Positions 11,612-22,644 of a stretch of 46,510 bases of DNA are shown here, piece after piece. Source of the stretch: Octopus bimaculoides (taxonomy: Eukaryota); contig NC_068992.1 in the NCBI RefSeq assembly GCF_001194135.2, positions 57,965,385-58,011,894 of the forward strand. The letters run 5' to 3'. Numbering within the stretch: the first letter of the stretch is position 1; every line of letters starts with the position of its first letter. Made by a program: the position numbers and the translations under genes. Under the pieces are notes generated by a model, which ran no database searches, was not told the DNA's origin, and saw only the letters and a program-made list of their open reading frames with translations.

Positions 11612-11645
11612 AAGTTCTCTAAACTTTTTCCAGCCCATTCGTATT
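11612..11645 (-). mobile_element. RTE LINE RT fragment (SRIRMGWKKFREL)
   Basis: Continues in frame into LLLLATKGLSL once the SINE and one TSD copy are removed. Confidence 0.75.
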
Positions 11646-11889
11646 CTGCTGCATATGTTTGTTAGGGGTGACACTACTAAACGAATGAAGGCCTTGTTGA
11701 CTCACTGCGAGATCAACGAGATCCTTATTTTCTGATGAGGGTCTCATCTATTTTATTCCTGCTTTGGTAAAAGTTACCTGCGACAGTTCGATCTCGTTAT
11801 ATCCCAGGAAAGATTTACCCCTCATCAGCTCAGCATCGCAAAAACTGAAGAGAAGCAGAAGCTCAAACACAGCCAAACTCTCTCTCTTT

Positions 11890-12105
11890 CATACACACAC
11901 ACACATGCATGTGCGTACATGCATGCACACACACAGAGGCACACAAATGCACACACATGCTCAAACATATGCATGTGAACATACATGCCTTACACACATG
12001 CATACATACACATACTTACACACATGCACATATATGCATACATATACATGAGCACATACATACACACATGCATACACATAATCACACGCACACACACATT
12101 CTCAC
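11890..12105. repeat. Degenerate (CA)n/(CATA)n array
   Basis: Directly visible. Confidence 0.9.
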
Positions 12106-12289
12106 ACACTCTTGCGAGCTAGAATGGAAATATTTATGCCAAATAAATGCCAAAAGAACAAAGAAAACATACAATAAAAAAGTAATTAATTTAAATCAAT
12201 AAAAAAAAAAATTGCAGAAATAAAAACGAAATTAAAAATATCAGTTGGTTGTAGCTTAACTCTGCATGGTACAGTGTGTTTTTTTTTTC

Positions 12290-12720
12290 TCACGATACCC
12301 ACCATACCACCTCCACGACCACCACCAACAACACAGCCAGCATCAAAACCAACACTACCACCACCACCACTACCACTAACAGCAACAACAATAACAACAA
12401 CACAGCCAGCATTAACACCACTGCCACCACCATCAGCAACAACAACAACACAGCTAGTATCAACATCAACACTACCACCACCACCACCACCACCACCAAC
12501 ACCACCGTCACCACCACCATCATCACAGCCAACACTACCAGTACAACTACCACTTTCTGCCAAAACCACCACCACCAGCACCTCCTCCACTGGCACCACC
12601 ACCATTAACATCACCACCAACGCCACCATGTCAACACAATCACCAATACCAATTTCAACACTTCAACCACCACCACCACCACCACCACCACTACCAACAA
12701 CAACAACAACTACATCTCCT
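12290..12720. repeat. (CAC)n/(CAA)n compound triplet array
   Basis: Directly visible; source of the Pro/Thr-rich ORF artefacts. Confidence 0.9.
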
Positions 12721-12884
12721 ACTACTGCAGCTTGGTGCCAGTTTCTACCAATGTTTCCTTTGAAACTAAGCAAGCGTTTATTTTCCATTCCACCCCCATC
12801 TGCAGTTCTTCTTATCTCCTCCCCATTCTTAGAATAATCCTGATGTCTCCAGAACAAAGGAAATATTACACAGAGGATGCATGG

Positions 12885-13450
12885 AGGAAAAGAAGAGAGA
12901 GGGGGGGAGGGAGAGAGAGAGAGAAAGAGGGAGAGAGGAAGAGAGAGTGAGAGAGAGAACCATATATATCTATATAGACAGACAGGCAGACAGACAGACA
13001 GATAGATAGATAGATAGATAGATTGATAGATAGATAGACAAAGATAGATAGACAAAGATCGATAGATAGATAGATAGACAAAGATCGATAGATAGATAGA
13101 TAGACAAAGATAGATAACTTTCTTTTATTGGCCACACAGGGCTGCACATAGAGGGGACAAATACAACTGTAGAGCTTTTCTTTAAGACAAAGATAGATAG
13201 ATAGATAGATAGACAAAGATAGATAGATAGATAGATAGAGAGAAAGAGAGAGAGACAGACAGACAGAGTGGAGAGAAATGCAGACAGATAGACAAGCAGA
13301 AAGAGGGGCAGAGAGAGAGAGGTATGAGGAAAGAAAGAGAGGAAGTGAGAAACAGAGAGGCAGAGGGGGGAGTAGGAAAAGAAAGGGAGGGAGGGGAAGG
13401 GGAGAGAAGGGGGAGTAGAAAGTAAGGCAAGAGAGAGGGAGGGAGAGATG
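12885..13450. repeat. Polypurine tract with (GATA)n/(GACA)n and a 24-bp tandem unit
   Basis: Directly visible. Confidence 0.9.
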
Positions 13451-13832
13451 AATGTTAAACTGGTGGTGATAATGGTGATTAGAGCATTTCATCTGTCTCT
13501 GTGTTTTGAGTTCAAATTCCGCTGAAGTCAACTTTGCCTTTCATCCTTTCAGGGTCGATAGATTTAAGTACCAGTTGAGTAGTGGGGGTCGATGTAACCA
13601 TCTATGCCCCTCCCCTAAATCTCAGGCCTTGTGGCTATAGTAGAAAGGAATATTACTTGTTGTAGTAAGGTGGTCAGCTGGCAGAACTGTTTGTTAGCAG
13701 ACGTTTTGTCTGGGTTCAAATTCCGTCTCAGAGTTGATGAAATAAGCACCAGTACCACACTGGGGTCGATGTAATCGACTTAGCCACTTCCCTGAAACTC
13801 CAGGTCTTGTACCAAAATTTGAAATTATCATT
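13445..13832 (+). mobile_element. Two head-to-tail SINE family B copies
   Basis: gagttcaaattccgc..actttgcctttcatcctttcagggtcgat..aagtaccag..ggggtcgatgtaa..tagtagaaaggaattatt, then a second copy from ~13665. Confidence 0.8.
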
Positions 13833-13834
13833 AC

Positions 13835-14105
13835 TTGTAGTAGCAGTAGTAGTAGTAGTAGTAGTAGTAATAGTAGTAGTAGTAGTAGTAGTAGTAGTAG
13901 CAGTAGTAGTAGCAGCAGTAGTAGTAGTAGTAGTAGCAGTAGTAGTAGTAGTAGTAGTGGGTGTTAGTGGGTGTTGATGTTGTTGGTAGAATTGGTGTTG
14001 GTGGTCGTTGTGGTGGTGGTAGTGTTGGTTGGTACTAATGGTGTTGGAAACTGACCAAGAATAATTAGCAGCAGCAGCAGCAGTAGTAGTAGTAGCAGCA
14101 GTAAG
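13835..14105. repeat. (TAG)n/(CAG)n/(TGG)n triplet array
   Basis: Directly visible. Confidence 0.9.
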
Positions 14106-14627
14106 TAGTAAAAAAAAAAAAATTTTTAAAAGAAGAAATTCAAACATTGTGAGATTACTTTCCAATGAATAACAATGAATAGAAAAACCAGAAACTAACT
14201 AATTAAGAAGAACAAACAGCATGAATGAATCATAAGAGAGAGAGAGAGAGAGAGAGAGAAAGAAAGATAGAAAGGGAAAGAGAGAGGGGGGTGAAAGAGC
14301 AAGGTGGATTTAAAGAGAATGTTGATTAAGAACCTAAATGTTTCTTTTCTTTCTTTTTTTTTTCTGTGGTCATACACTCATACAAAAGGTGTAATGAATT
14401 GCCCCTATTATTACAGAGAGCCGCAACAGATACTTAATATTTTTAAATACGGTTTGGAATAATGAGTTTATTTTCATTGTTGTTGCTGCCTTGTTTATTT
14501 ATCTTGTGTACATTGTAGGTCTTTTTTTTTTTTTTGCATATTTTATCTATTTATTAATTTATTATTTATTTATTTTGCATTTATTCATTCAACAAAAAAA
14601 ATAATAATAAATAAATACGAAAATTTG

Positions 14628-14777
14628 GTGCAGGTATGGCTGTAAGGCAAGTGGTTTGCTTCCCAACTACATGGTTCCAAGTTCGGTCCCACTGTGTGGC
14701 ACCTTGGCTACTATAGCCTCAGGCCGACCAAGGCCTTGTGAGTGGATTTGATAGACAGAAACTGAAAGAAGTCTGTC
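14628..14777 (+). mobile_element. SINE family A 5' half
   Basis: ggtgcaggtatggctg..catggttccaagttcggtcccactgtgtggcaccttgg..aaactgaaagaag, then (AT)n. Confidence 0.85.
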
Positions 14778-14778
14778 A

Positions 14779-14811
<33 letters not shown>

Positions 14812-14816
<5 letters not shown>

Positions 14817-15000
14817 TGAAATTTACAGAAAAGCAAAAGACGAAGACAGGTGTATGAACAACAAGCAGGTGTATTAGTTTGACGCTCAGGAAAGTGAGGA
14901 AGTCTTTTACATTTCGAGCATAGGCTCTTCAACAGAAAGGCATAAGAGAAAATAAACAGAGAGAGAATTAAAAAACTTGTGGATTTAGTGGTCAAGCATG
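14812..15000 (-). mobile_element. ~190-bp element with hammerhead-like motif (copy 1)
   Basis: Homologous along its length to 37228-37418; motif at 14903-14940. Confidence 0.75.
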
Positions 15001-15158
15001 ATGACTGGTTGGAAAAAAAGGGTTGACAGGAGAGAGTGAAAGAAAGGGAGATAATAAAGTGTGTATATATATAGATAGATAGATAGATAGATAGAAATAT
15101 TACAAGTAAATAATAATATTACTGCTGATCAAAAGCAAGAACTGTGCAGGCAAGTTTA

Positions 15159-15204
<46 letters not shown>

Positions 15205-15207
<3 letters not shown>

Positions 15208-15335
15208 TACTGCAGAGCACCAGCTTCACTACACATAGGAGTCAGATGAACCTCTAAGCCACAAGATGCTGGACAGTGGGATCATACCTGAAACCACATG
15301 ACTACAAAGCAAACTTCTTAATGACACAGCCATGC
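15205..15335 (-). mobile_element. SINE family A 5' part, diverged
   Basis: cagtgggatc..aaccacatg..aagcaaacttctt..acacagccatgc. Confidence 0.55.
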
Positions 15336-15544
15336 AATAACAAAACCATAATTCGTCATTCCTGTTCTGCTGCTCAGCACTGTCAATCATCACCTATTCT
15401 CCCCACCATGACACTGTGGTTCTACTCAATCACTCTCACATTCTCTTCTGAAGTGGCCCCTTGTCACATACTTTTAACCATCTTTTGCCCCCTTATCTCC
15501 TAGCATAAAGCTCCCTAACCATACTTCATAGTCTTGCAAACTGC

Positions 15545-15760
15545 ATAATAGCCTCACTAGAGCTGGTGACACAATAGTAGCGCCCAGTACATACTGTAAA
15601 GTGGTTGGTATTAAGAAGGGCATCCAGCCATAGGAAACCATGCCAGAGTAGACATTGAATGATGCAGTCTTTGAGCTCATTGTATCCTGTTAAACCATCA
15701 AACCCATGCCAAGACATTAAATGATGATGATGAGGAGGAGGAGGAGGATGAGGAGGATGT
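15545..15760 (+). mobile_element. SINE-like family C with (GAT)/(GAG) tail
   Basis: gtggttggtattaagaagggcatccagc..aacccatgcca..gacattaaatgatg. Confidence 0.75.
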
Positions 15761-16074
15761 AGAATTTGTTTAAATACGGTTTTTTTTCTTTCACAATGAG
15801 ATGTGTGTTTACACCAAGAACATTTTACTAAATCATAAAGTTCTATAGGTAGTTCTGTGTATTTTCAAGTATTTACTTTAACGAACAATGATGATCATGC
15901 ACACACACACACACACGCGCGCCTCTGTAGGAAAAATAAATAAATAAATAAATGAAATAAGAAATAAAATAAAATAAAAAGAAACTCAGTCTATAGAAAG
16001 TTGTTGCCTGTAAAAGAAGTTTCTGATGGACAAACACTAATAATTGTTAGTAATAGTGATTTGTTACATCGGCA

Positions 16075-16340
16075 GCACAAGGCCAGAAATTAGTAGGTAG
16101 TGAGGCAGGGTGGTGGGTAGTCTATTGAATTAATCTCGGTACACGCTTGGTACATATTTGTATTAAGACCCTGGTAAAATGAAAGACAAAGTTAATCTTG
16201 GTGCAGTCAGATCTCATTCTAAAGATGGACTTCTTTACATTCTGAATTCAAATCATGCCGAGGTGAACTTTACCTTTCATCCTGTCGGGATCGATAAATT
16301 ACATTACTATCAAGTCATGGAGTTGATGTAATTGACTAAC
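16075..16340. mobile_element. SINE family B fragments in both orientations
   Basis: aaggccagaaatt..tggtac..atgaaagacaaagtt (-), then tttacctttcatcctgtcgggatcgataaatt (+). Confidence 0.55.
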
Positions 16341-16531
16341 CCGCATCTGCTCATCTGGATGCCTCTTATAGCTACTCTTCACTCGGCGAACTTAGCCCTT
16401 GGTAAAAATTTCAGAGTGTAGGTTCAAATCATTTGAGTGCTACAAATTGCTTCCTATATTGAGCATCACTGACTTTCGTCTGTTGAATATTATGTGTGTG
16501 TGTACATGTATGTATGTATGTATGTATGTAT

Positions 16532-16792
16532 GTTCTTTTATTTGTTTCAGTCGTTTGACTGTGGCCATGGTGGAGCACTGCCTTCAGTCGGATAAATCGA
16601 CCCCAGTACTTATTCTTTGTAAACCTAGTACTTATCTATTGGCCTCTTTTGGTGAACTGCTAAGTGACGGGGACGTAAACATACCAACATTGGTTGTAGA
16701 ATGACAGTGGGAGTACAAACACAGACACAAATATATACATATAACGACAGGCTTCTTTCAGTTTCTGTCTAACCAAATCCAGTCACAAGACT
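16532..16792 (-). mobile_element. SINE family A 3' half
   Basis: tttgtttcagtc..tggccatggtggagcac..cttctttcagttt..ccaaatcc. Confidence 0.85.
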
Positions 16793-16809
16793 ACATACAT
16801 ATATATATG

Positions 16810-16868
<59 letters not shown>

Positions 16869-17404
16869 GCCAGAGGAGGCTGGCAATGGTATATATGTAT
16901 GTATGTAGGTAGATGAACACACATAAGATATGTATACATGCATGTGTGTACCTACACACACACACACACATACACATATATGCATGCACACATATGCATA
17001 CACACACATACTTTCACCATTACCTTTACTACCACCACCACCACCACCACTACCATCATACATCAAACCTTTTACTGTCATCAGATCTGCTCAGATTCCA
17101 TTTGGAATATCAGAACCCTCTTTAGCAACTCATAATTTTCTCAATAATTCTTACATGCCAGCCTAACACCCCCCCCCATCACCACCACCGCCAACGTTAC
17201 CACGACGACGACCACCACCACCACCACCACCACCATCGCCGCCACCACCACCACCACCACCACCACTGCCACCAATCTACTTACTCCATGCCCAATCCAA
17301 TCGGGAATATTTGTATATGTTATTTTTGTTTTCTTTTCTGTTTTTTTTTTACTAAATTTCCGTTGGAATATTTTCTTTTATTGATTACTTAAAATGGCAA
17401 ATTC

Positions 17405-17720
17405 CTTTTCATCATCATTGTCATCATCATTACAGTAGGCAGCAATGACATCATCATCATCATCATCATCATCATCGTCATCGTCGTCGTCGTCGTTATC
17501 ATCGTCATCATTACTGTCATTGCTTTCATCATCATCATGATCATCAGCATCATCATCATTATTGTTTTCATCATCATCATCATTATTGTTATCATTGTCA
17601 TCATCATCATCATAATCATAATCATCGTCATCATTGTTATCATCATCATTATCATCATTGCTTTCATCATGATCATAATCATCGTTATCATCATCCCACC
17701 ATCGTTGTCATCATCATTGC
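17405..17720. repeat. (CAT)n-type triplet array; (CCA)n array nearby at 17170-17275
   Basis: Directly visible. Confidence 0.9.
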
Positions 17721-18084
17721 TTCCTTCAGAGTACCATTTCCATGAAGTTATACAAAAACCCCACTGATATATAAACTTACCTTACCAATTCCACAGCAGT
17801 TGCCAGCTTTGGCAATTTCACAACAAACAAAATTCTTTTACCATTCATCCTAATTTTTTCTTCTCTTTTCGTTGTTACTTTTCTGGAAGTTTTCTCCTTT
17901 CTTTTTGTTTTATATTTTACTTTTCCTTCGGTTTAATTTTTAGTTCTCAATCAATAAATGCTAATCAATAATTTTACTAGAACTTTTTCCCCTTCACATC
18001 ACTAAGTCGTGTTTTCCAAATTGTTTTATGTATTTTCTTTGATTTTTTTTCTTTCTTATCTTTTGACAGTTTAGTCAAAAAGGG

Positions 18085-18785
18085 GAAAACATTCCTTTTT
18101 ATTTTTATCTGGGCTACTGAGATTGGTATGGGAGAAAAGCAGGAAGGTGCCTTCAAATTGATGATGTGACCTGAATGCTTGAGTGGATTGAACTACAATA
18201 GTCCAAAGGCAGATGTTGAGGGACTTACACATCCTATAAAAGGATGGAGTATGTGGGCTGATGCAGCTGCAACTGTCTCCAAAGACAGCAACCATAGGTT
18301 TAGATGCCTATCTAAAGAAAACCAATGACTGGATGCTTGAATGCGTGTGCAAGTATGAAAGTTTAAAGAAACTGTACTCAATGTCAGAAGAAGCAAAGAA
18401 ATATGTGAAAGAATCAACAAGACTGAGGCACAACAAGATGAAGCAGAAGAATCCACCATGAAAGCAAAACAAGTAAATACACAAACTGAATCAAATGGAA
18501 TCTCAGGGTTGTGGAATAGATGGAAAACTAAGGAATCACATGGGAAGTACCCTACAAGGGCCAGCGACCTTGATGTTGATACACATGTGACCTATCAATG
18601 GTCAGTGCCTCTAGAATTAAATCAGAAACAGAGGGCTTCATCAGAGCAGCTCAGGATCAGTGTCTGCCCAGCAGAAACTACCATTTAAAAAGTTAAGTGA
18701 ATGCAAGGATCTTGAAATAGAGATGCCAAAAATGTAGCATCTAAGAATGACAACTGTACCTGTGATCATTGGAGCTTTGACGGTA
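18085..18785 (+). mobile_element. Degenerate R4/Dong-clade (RLE-type) LINE fragment
   Basis: Across frameshifts: PKADVE, KTATIGLDAYLK, RWKTKESHGKYPTRASDLDVDTHVTYQW, KDLEIEMPKM*HLRMTTVPVIIGAL, matching recalled R4/Dong C-terminal motifs. Confidence 0.8.
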
Positions 18786-18859
18786 ATATCAAATAGTACA
18801 AGCTTGCTTCTCAACCACATGGTTCCAGGTTCAGTCCCACTAATGTCATAAATTCATAC

Positions 18860-19280
18860 TGTCTAGTTGGCAGCAAACTGGCAGAATTGTTTGAGCATTA
18901 GAAAAAATGACAAGATGTATTGATTTAGGCTTTTTTATATACTGAGTTCAAATCTCCATAAGGCCATCTTAGGGTCGATGGTATCAAGGAATCCACTCCA
19001 TTCAAAATTGGTGACCTCATGCCTTAATTAGAGACAGCCATCTAATTGGAGGAGGAAGCAAGCTGACAGAATCATTAGCATGCTTGACAAAATACTCAGA
19101 AGCATTTCATTTGGCTTTACTTTCTAAGTTCAAATCCCTCAGAGGTTGATTTTTGCTTTGCATCTTTGCATCCTTTCAAGATCGATCAAATAAGGGCTGG
19201 TCAAACAACAGGGTTGATATTATCAACTAGCCCCTTCCCTCATAATTCCTGGTCTTGCACTTATAGTAGAAAGAATTATC
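18860..19280 (+). mobile_element. Cluster of diverged SINE family B copies
   Basis: ctggcagaattg..tgagttcaaat..agggtcgat; ctgacagaatcattagc..aagttcaaatccc..tttgcatcctttcaagatcgat. Confidence 0.65.
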
Positions 19281-20399
19281 TAGTTGAAGGAAATAGGAAA
19301 GTGCTTGAGACCTTTGCATGGTCTCTTTGAGGAATAATATTTGTCTTTTATTATGATTTCATTCTCTTTTATGATGTTTTATATGGATATTCAATTGACC
19401 TCAGTGTTTGCCTGATACTTTCTTTATTTTATTAACTGACCTCAAGAAGATGAAAGATAAAGTTGACCTCAGCCACTTTCATCACACAATGAAACTAATA
19501 TGGCTGATGAAAGCCAATAAGAAATAAAAGTGTGATGATTTGGTCAATAGATGAATGGTCAATAGTGAAGCTGGTGGTCAAGAAAATAAAAAAAAAAATA
19601 TTGAGAGTTGAGACTAGCAAAATAAATGAGCAACATAACTATAAAGATGTTTGGCAGTTAAATCTAATGGTTCTTGAATTCTATCCAAAACGTTGAAAAT
19701 TTCAATACTGTAAGACCATTTTAGCCAATGCTCTAATGAGTCTATTAATATACTGCTTGTTGATGTTGGTGTGGTTCTGTTTAAAATTCTTTGAGATTGA
19801 AACCTGTGGAGAAAAAGAGAAAAAAGTTGGTCAGTGGGGATGGTCCAAAAGGCCTTTGTTTCAGATAGAAACAAAAAAGTATAGTAGTTGTTATATAGAC
19901 TGTTAGATTTGTTGTACATATGAGGTCCCGTGTGTCAATGTGGTTCGTCTGAGTTCCCTGTTTTCGTTGTTGTTTTGAATGACTGTAGTAGTAAAATGTT
20001 ATTGATATATATGGCGAGGACATGATTCTTGTTTATTAATGACGAACATTCGGTGAGTGCGTTCTTTGTATGTAATTTTAAAATAAATGTAATAACTAAA
20101 TTGTACAACTTGTCTTTTCTCTGCGAGTCTCCCGAGAGGAATACAACAGTAGTATTTAGTGTAGAATCTCAAGAAGTGTGACAAAGTAGGAGTGAGAAAC
20201 AGAAGGTGTGGTGTTGAATTGGGTAAATTTTGGTGGAAGTTGTATGTAGCTTGTTTGTTCAAAGGAACTGCATCTATTATAGTTGTGGTAAAAGAGAGTG
20301 AGGGAGGGGAAGCAGCACATGAGAAGGACAGTAATTGTTGTGGGTTGATTGTAAATCTATGCCAATTACCCAATGACCTTTGAGGAAGGTCAGCAGTTG

Positions 20400-20615
20400 G
20401 TTGTATCTGTGTTAATGTTTGTCCTCCCACCCCACCAACATTTGATAACTGGTATTGTGTTTACACCCCTGTAACTTATCGGTTTGGCAAAAAAGACTGA
20501 TAAGATGAGTATGAGACTTAAAAAATAAGCCCTGGGGTCAATTAGTTTGACTGAACTCTTCAAGGTGGTACCCCAGCATGGCCACAGTCCAAAAACTGAA
20601 ATAGGTGAAAGCAGT
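20400..20615 (+). mobile_element. SINE family A 3' half
   Basis: tgtgtttacacccctgtaactta..ggtttggcaaaa..cctggggtc..ccagcatggccacagtc. Confidence 0.8.
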
Positions 20616-20619
20616 GCCA

Positions 20620-20990
20620 AGATGCCAGTGCTGTCTGACTGATGCCAGTGCCCCCTGACTGGCTCTTGTGCCAGTGGCACGTAAAAAGCACCATTCAAGC
20701 ATGGTTGATGCCAGTGCCCCCAGACTGGCTCCTGTGCCAGTGGCATGTAAAAAGCACCATCCAAATGTGGTCGATGCCAGTGTCCTCTGACTGGCTCCTG
20801 TGCCAGTGGCATGTAACAAGCACCCATTAGACTCTTTGAGTGGTTGGCATTAGGAAGAGCATCCAGCTGCAGAAACCTTGACAGATAAGACTGGAGGCTG
20901 GTGCAGCCTAATGGCTTGCCAATCCCCAGTCAAGCCATCCAACACATTCCAGCATGGAAAATGGACATTAAACGATGATGATGATGATGA
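20620..20990 (+). mobile_element. SINE-like family C with ~3 tandem 66-bp internal units
   Basis: gatgccagtg at 20641, 20707 and 20773; (GAT)n tail. Confidence 0.88.
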
Positions 20991-21002
20991 TATACAAAAC
21001 CA

Positions 21003-21411
21003 CAGGCATGTGATAAGAAGCTTGCAAGTTCAATCCTACTACATGGCACCTCAGTGTCTTCTGCTGCAGCCTTGGACCAACCAAAGCCTCGTGAGTGGAT
21101 TTGGTAGACGGAAACAGAAAGAAGCCTATTGCATATAAAATTGTGTGTGTATGTGTGTGCGTGTGTGTATGTGTGTGCGTGTGAGTGTGTGTGTTTGTGT
21201 GGCTTTGTGCATATGTTTTTTTTTCTACCACTGCTTGACAACTAGTGTTGGTGTGTTTATGCTCCTGTAACTTAGTGGTTTGGCAAAAGAGACTGATTGA
21301 ATAAGTACCAGGCTTTAAAAAAATGGGGTCGATTCATTCAACTAAACATTCTTCAAGGTGGTATCCCTGCATTGCCACAGTCCAATAACTGAAAGAAGTA
21401 AAAGATAAAAG

Positions 21412-21412
<1 letters not shown>
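21003..21412 (+). mobile_element. SINE family A with internal (TG)n, followed by pure (TG)n at 21413-21478
   Basis: Family motifs present in both halves. Confidence 0.8.
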
Positions 21413-21480
<68 letters not shown>

Positions 21481-21549
21481 CATATATAAAAATATATATC
21501 CCCCAACTCATATGTACCATTGGACGCACTCCAACCCTTATCTATCCCA

Positions 21550-22100
21550 ACCTCTACAGTTGTCACCTATTCTCCCACTGCAATGGACAATCATGCTTAC
21601 TGGAAGTTATTTTTGGTGGAGGGTATCTAGGTTTTCTCATAGAAAAAAAAATTATAAATATGTAACTGCAGAATCAAGAGATCTGTGATTAGGTTACTTT
21701 TTTCTTTTTTAAATTCATGTTGGTGAGAGTGGTGAACAACAGGACTCTACTAGCAAGATCGAGGTTCCAAATAATGTTGAGGTGGCATTAAATGAGCATA
21801 AAAGAAAAATAAATCAAGCTTTTTTGGCAGCCTGTTTGATCCTGCAAACTTCACAGATTGAGAAATACTACACCCCTACCAGTATTATTATTGATTCTTT
21901 AAATGAGGAAATTATCAAATATTTGCTGGAGAAGTAGTTACTTATAAAAATATTGATTTCTGCAATGAAAAAGATGGTCTATATAATTATCCAATGGAGT
22001 TCCTAAACAGCTGTAATTTTTGTGGAGTTATCTTCTGTTCCCTACTTTGATCTTGGTAAAATAAATTTGCTGTAATGTTATTCTGAAATTCAACACACAG
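21550..22100 (+). pseudogene. Decayed Helitron RepHel / PIF1-family helicase fragment
   Basis: Across frameshifts and stops: KKIINM (L..NMR), HVGE, TPTSIIIDSLNEEII (TPTN..V..LNE.I), GEVVTYKNID and NYPMEFLNSCN (YP.EFLNSL.P.G), in the canonical order. Confidence 0.8.
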
Positions 22101-22644
22101 ATACATCACACATAAAGTAAACCAAGAAAATTAACTGTTAAACCATTTTGAATCTGGCAATGATGATTTTATTAGTTATAACATTATTCCTATAATCTTT
22201 TGCTGTCTTCTGCAAAATGCACTAACAATCCACCACAACTATCATTTACTTCAGGATGATGAGGCCAAGAAAGTCTTGAAACGTCAGAAACACTGTAGTT
22301 CCAGACTATGCATAACAGACTAAGAAATATAAAGAAAAACCTTTTATAAAAATAATTCTTCTTTGGAATAATGTATCTCAAAGTACATAATGCTACAATA
22401 GCATACAAATATTGGGTAAAAGTACCCTTTGGATAGAAAAAGTCTAAGACTGCCTATTGAACAGTGTTCTTTAAGTCAATATTTACATGATATTATTTAT
22501 AACTTTATTTGGTACTAAATGTATTATTCCCAAAAAGAATTAGTTAAATTAGTAAATGCTTTCTCGAAGTTTATAAATTCTATTGATATTTAGTAAAGTT
22601 GTCAATTTTTATGTGTATGTATATATATATATATATATATATAT

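Noticed and set aside
12186-12837. Pro/Thr-rich mucin- or extensin-like ORFs
   Set aside because: They are translations of (CAC)n/(CAA)n arrays that are open in several frames on both strands, with no splice or homology support.
17775-17830. Minus-strand exon MNGKRILFVVKLPKLATAVEL with a GTAAG donor
   Set aside because: No pyrimidine-rich acceptor (upstream is A-rich) and no recognisable homology; too weak to report.
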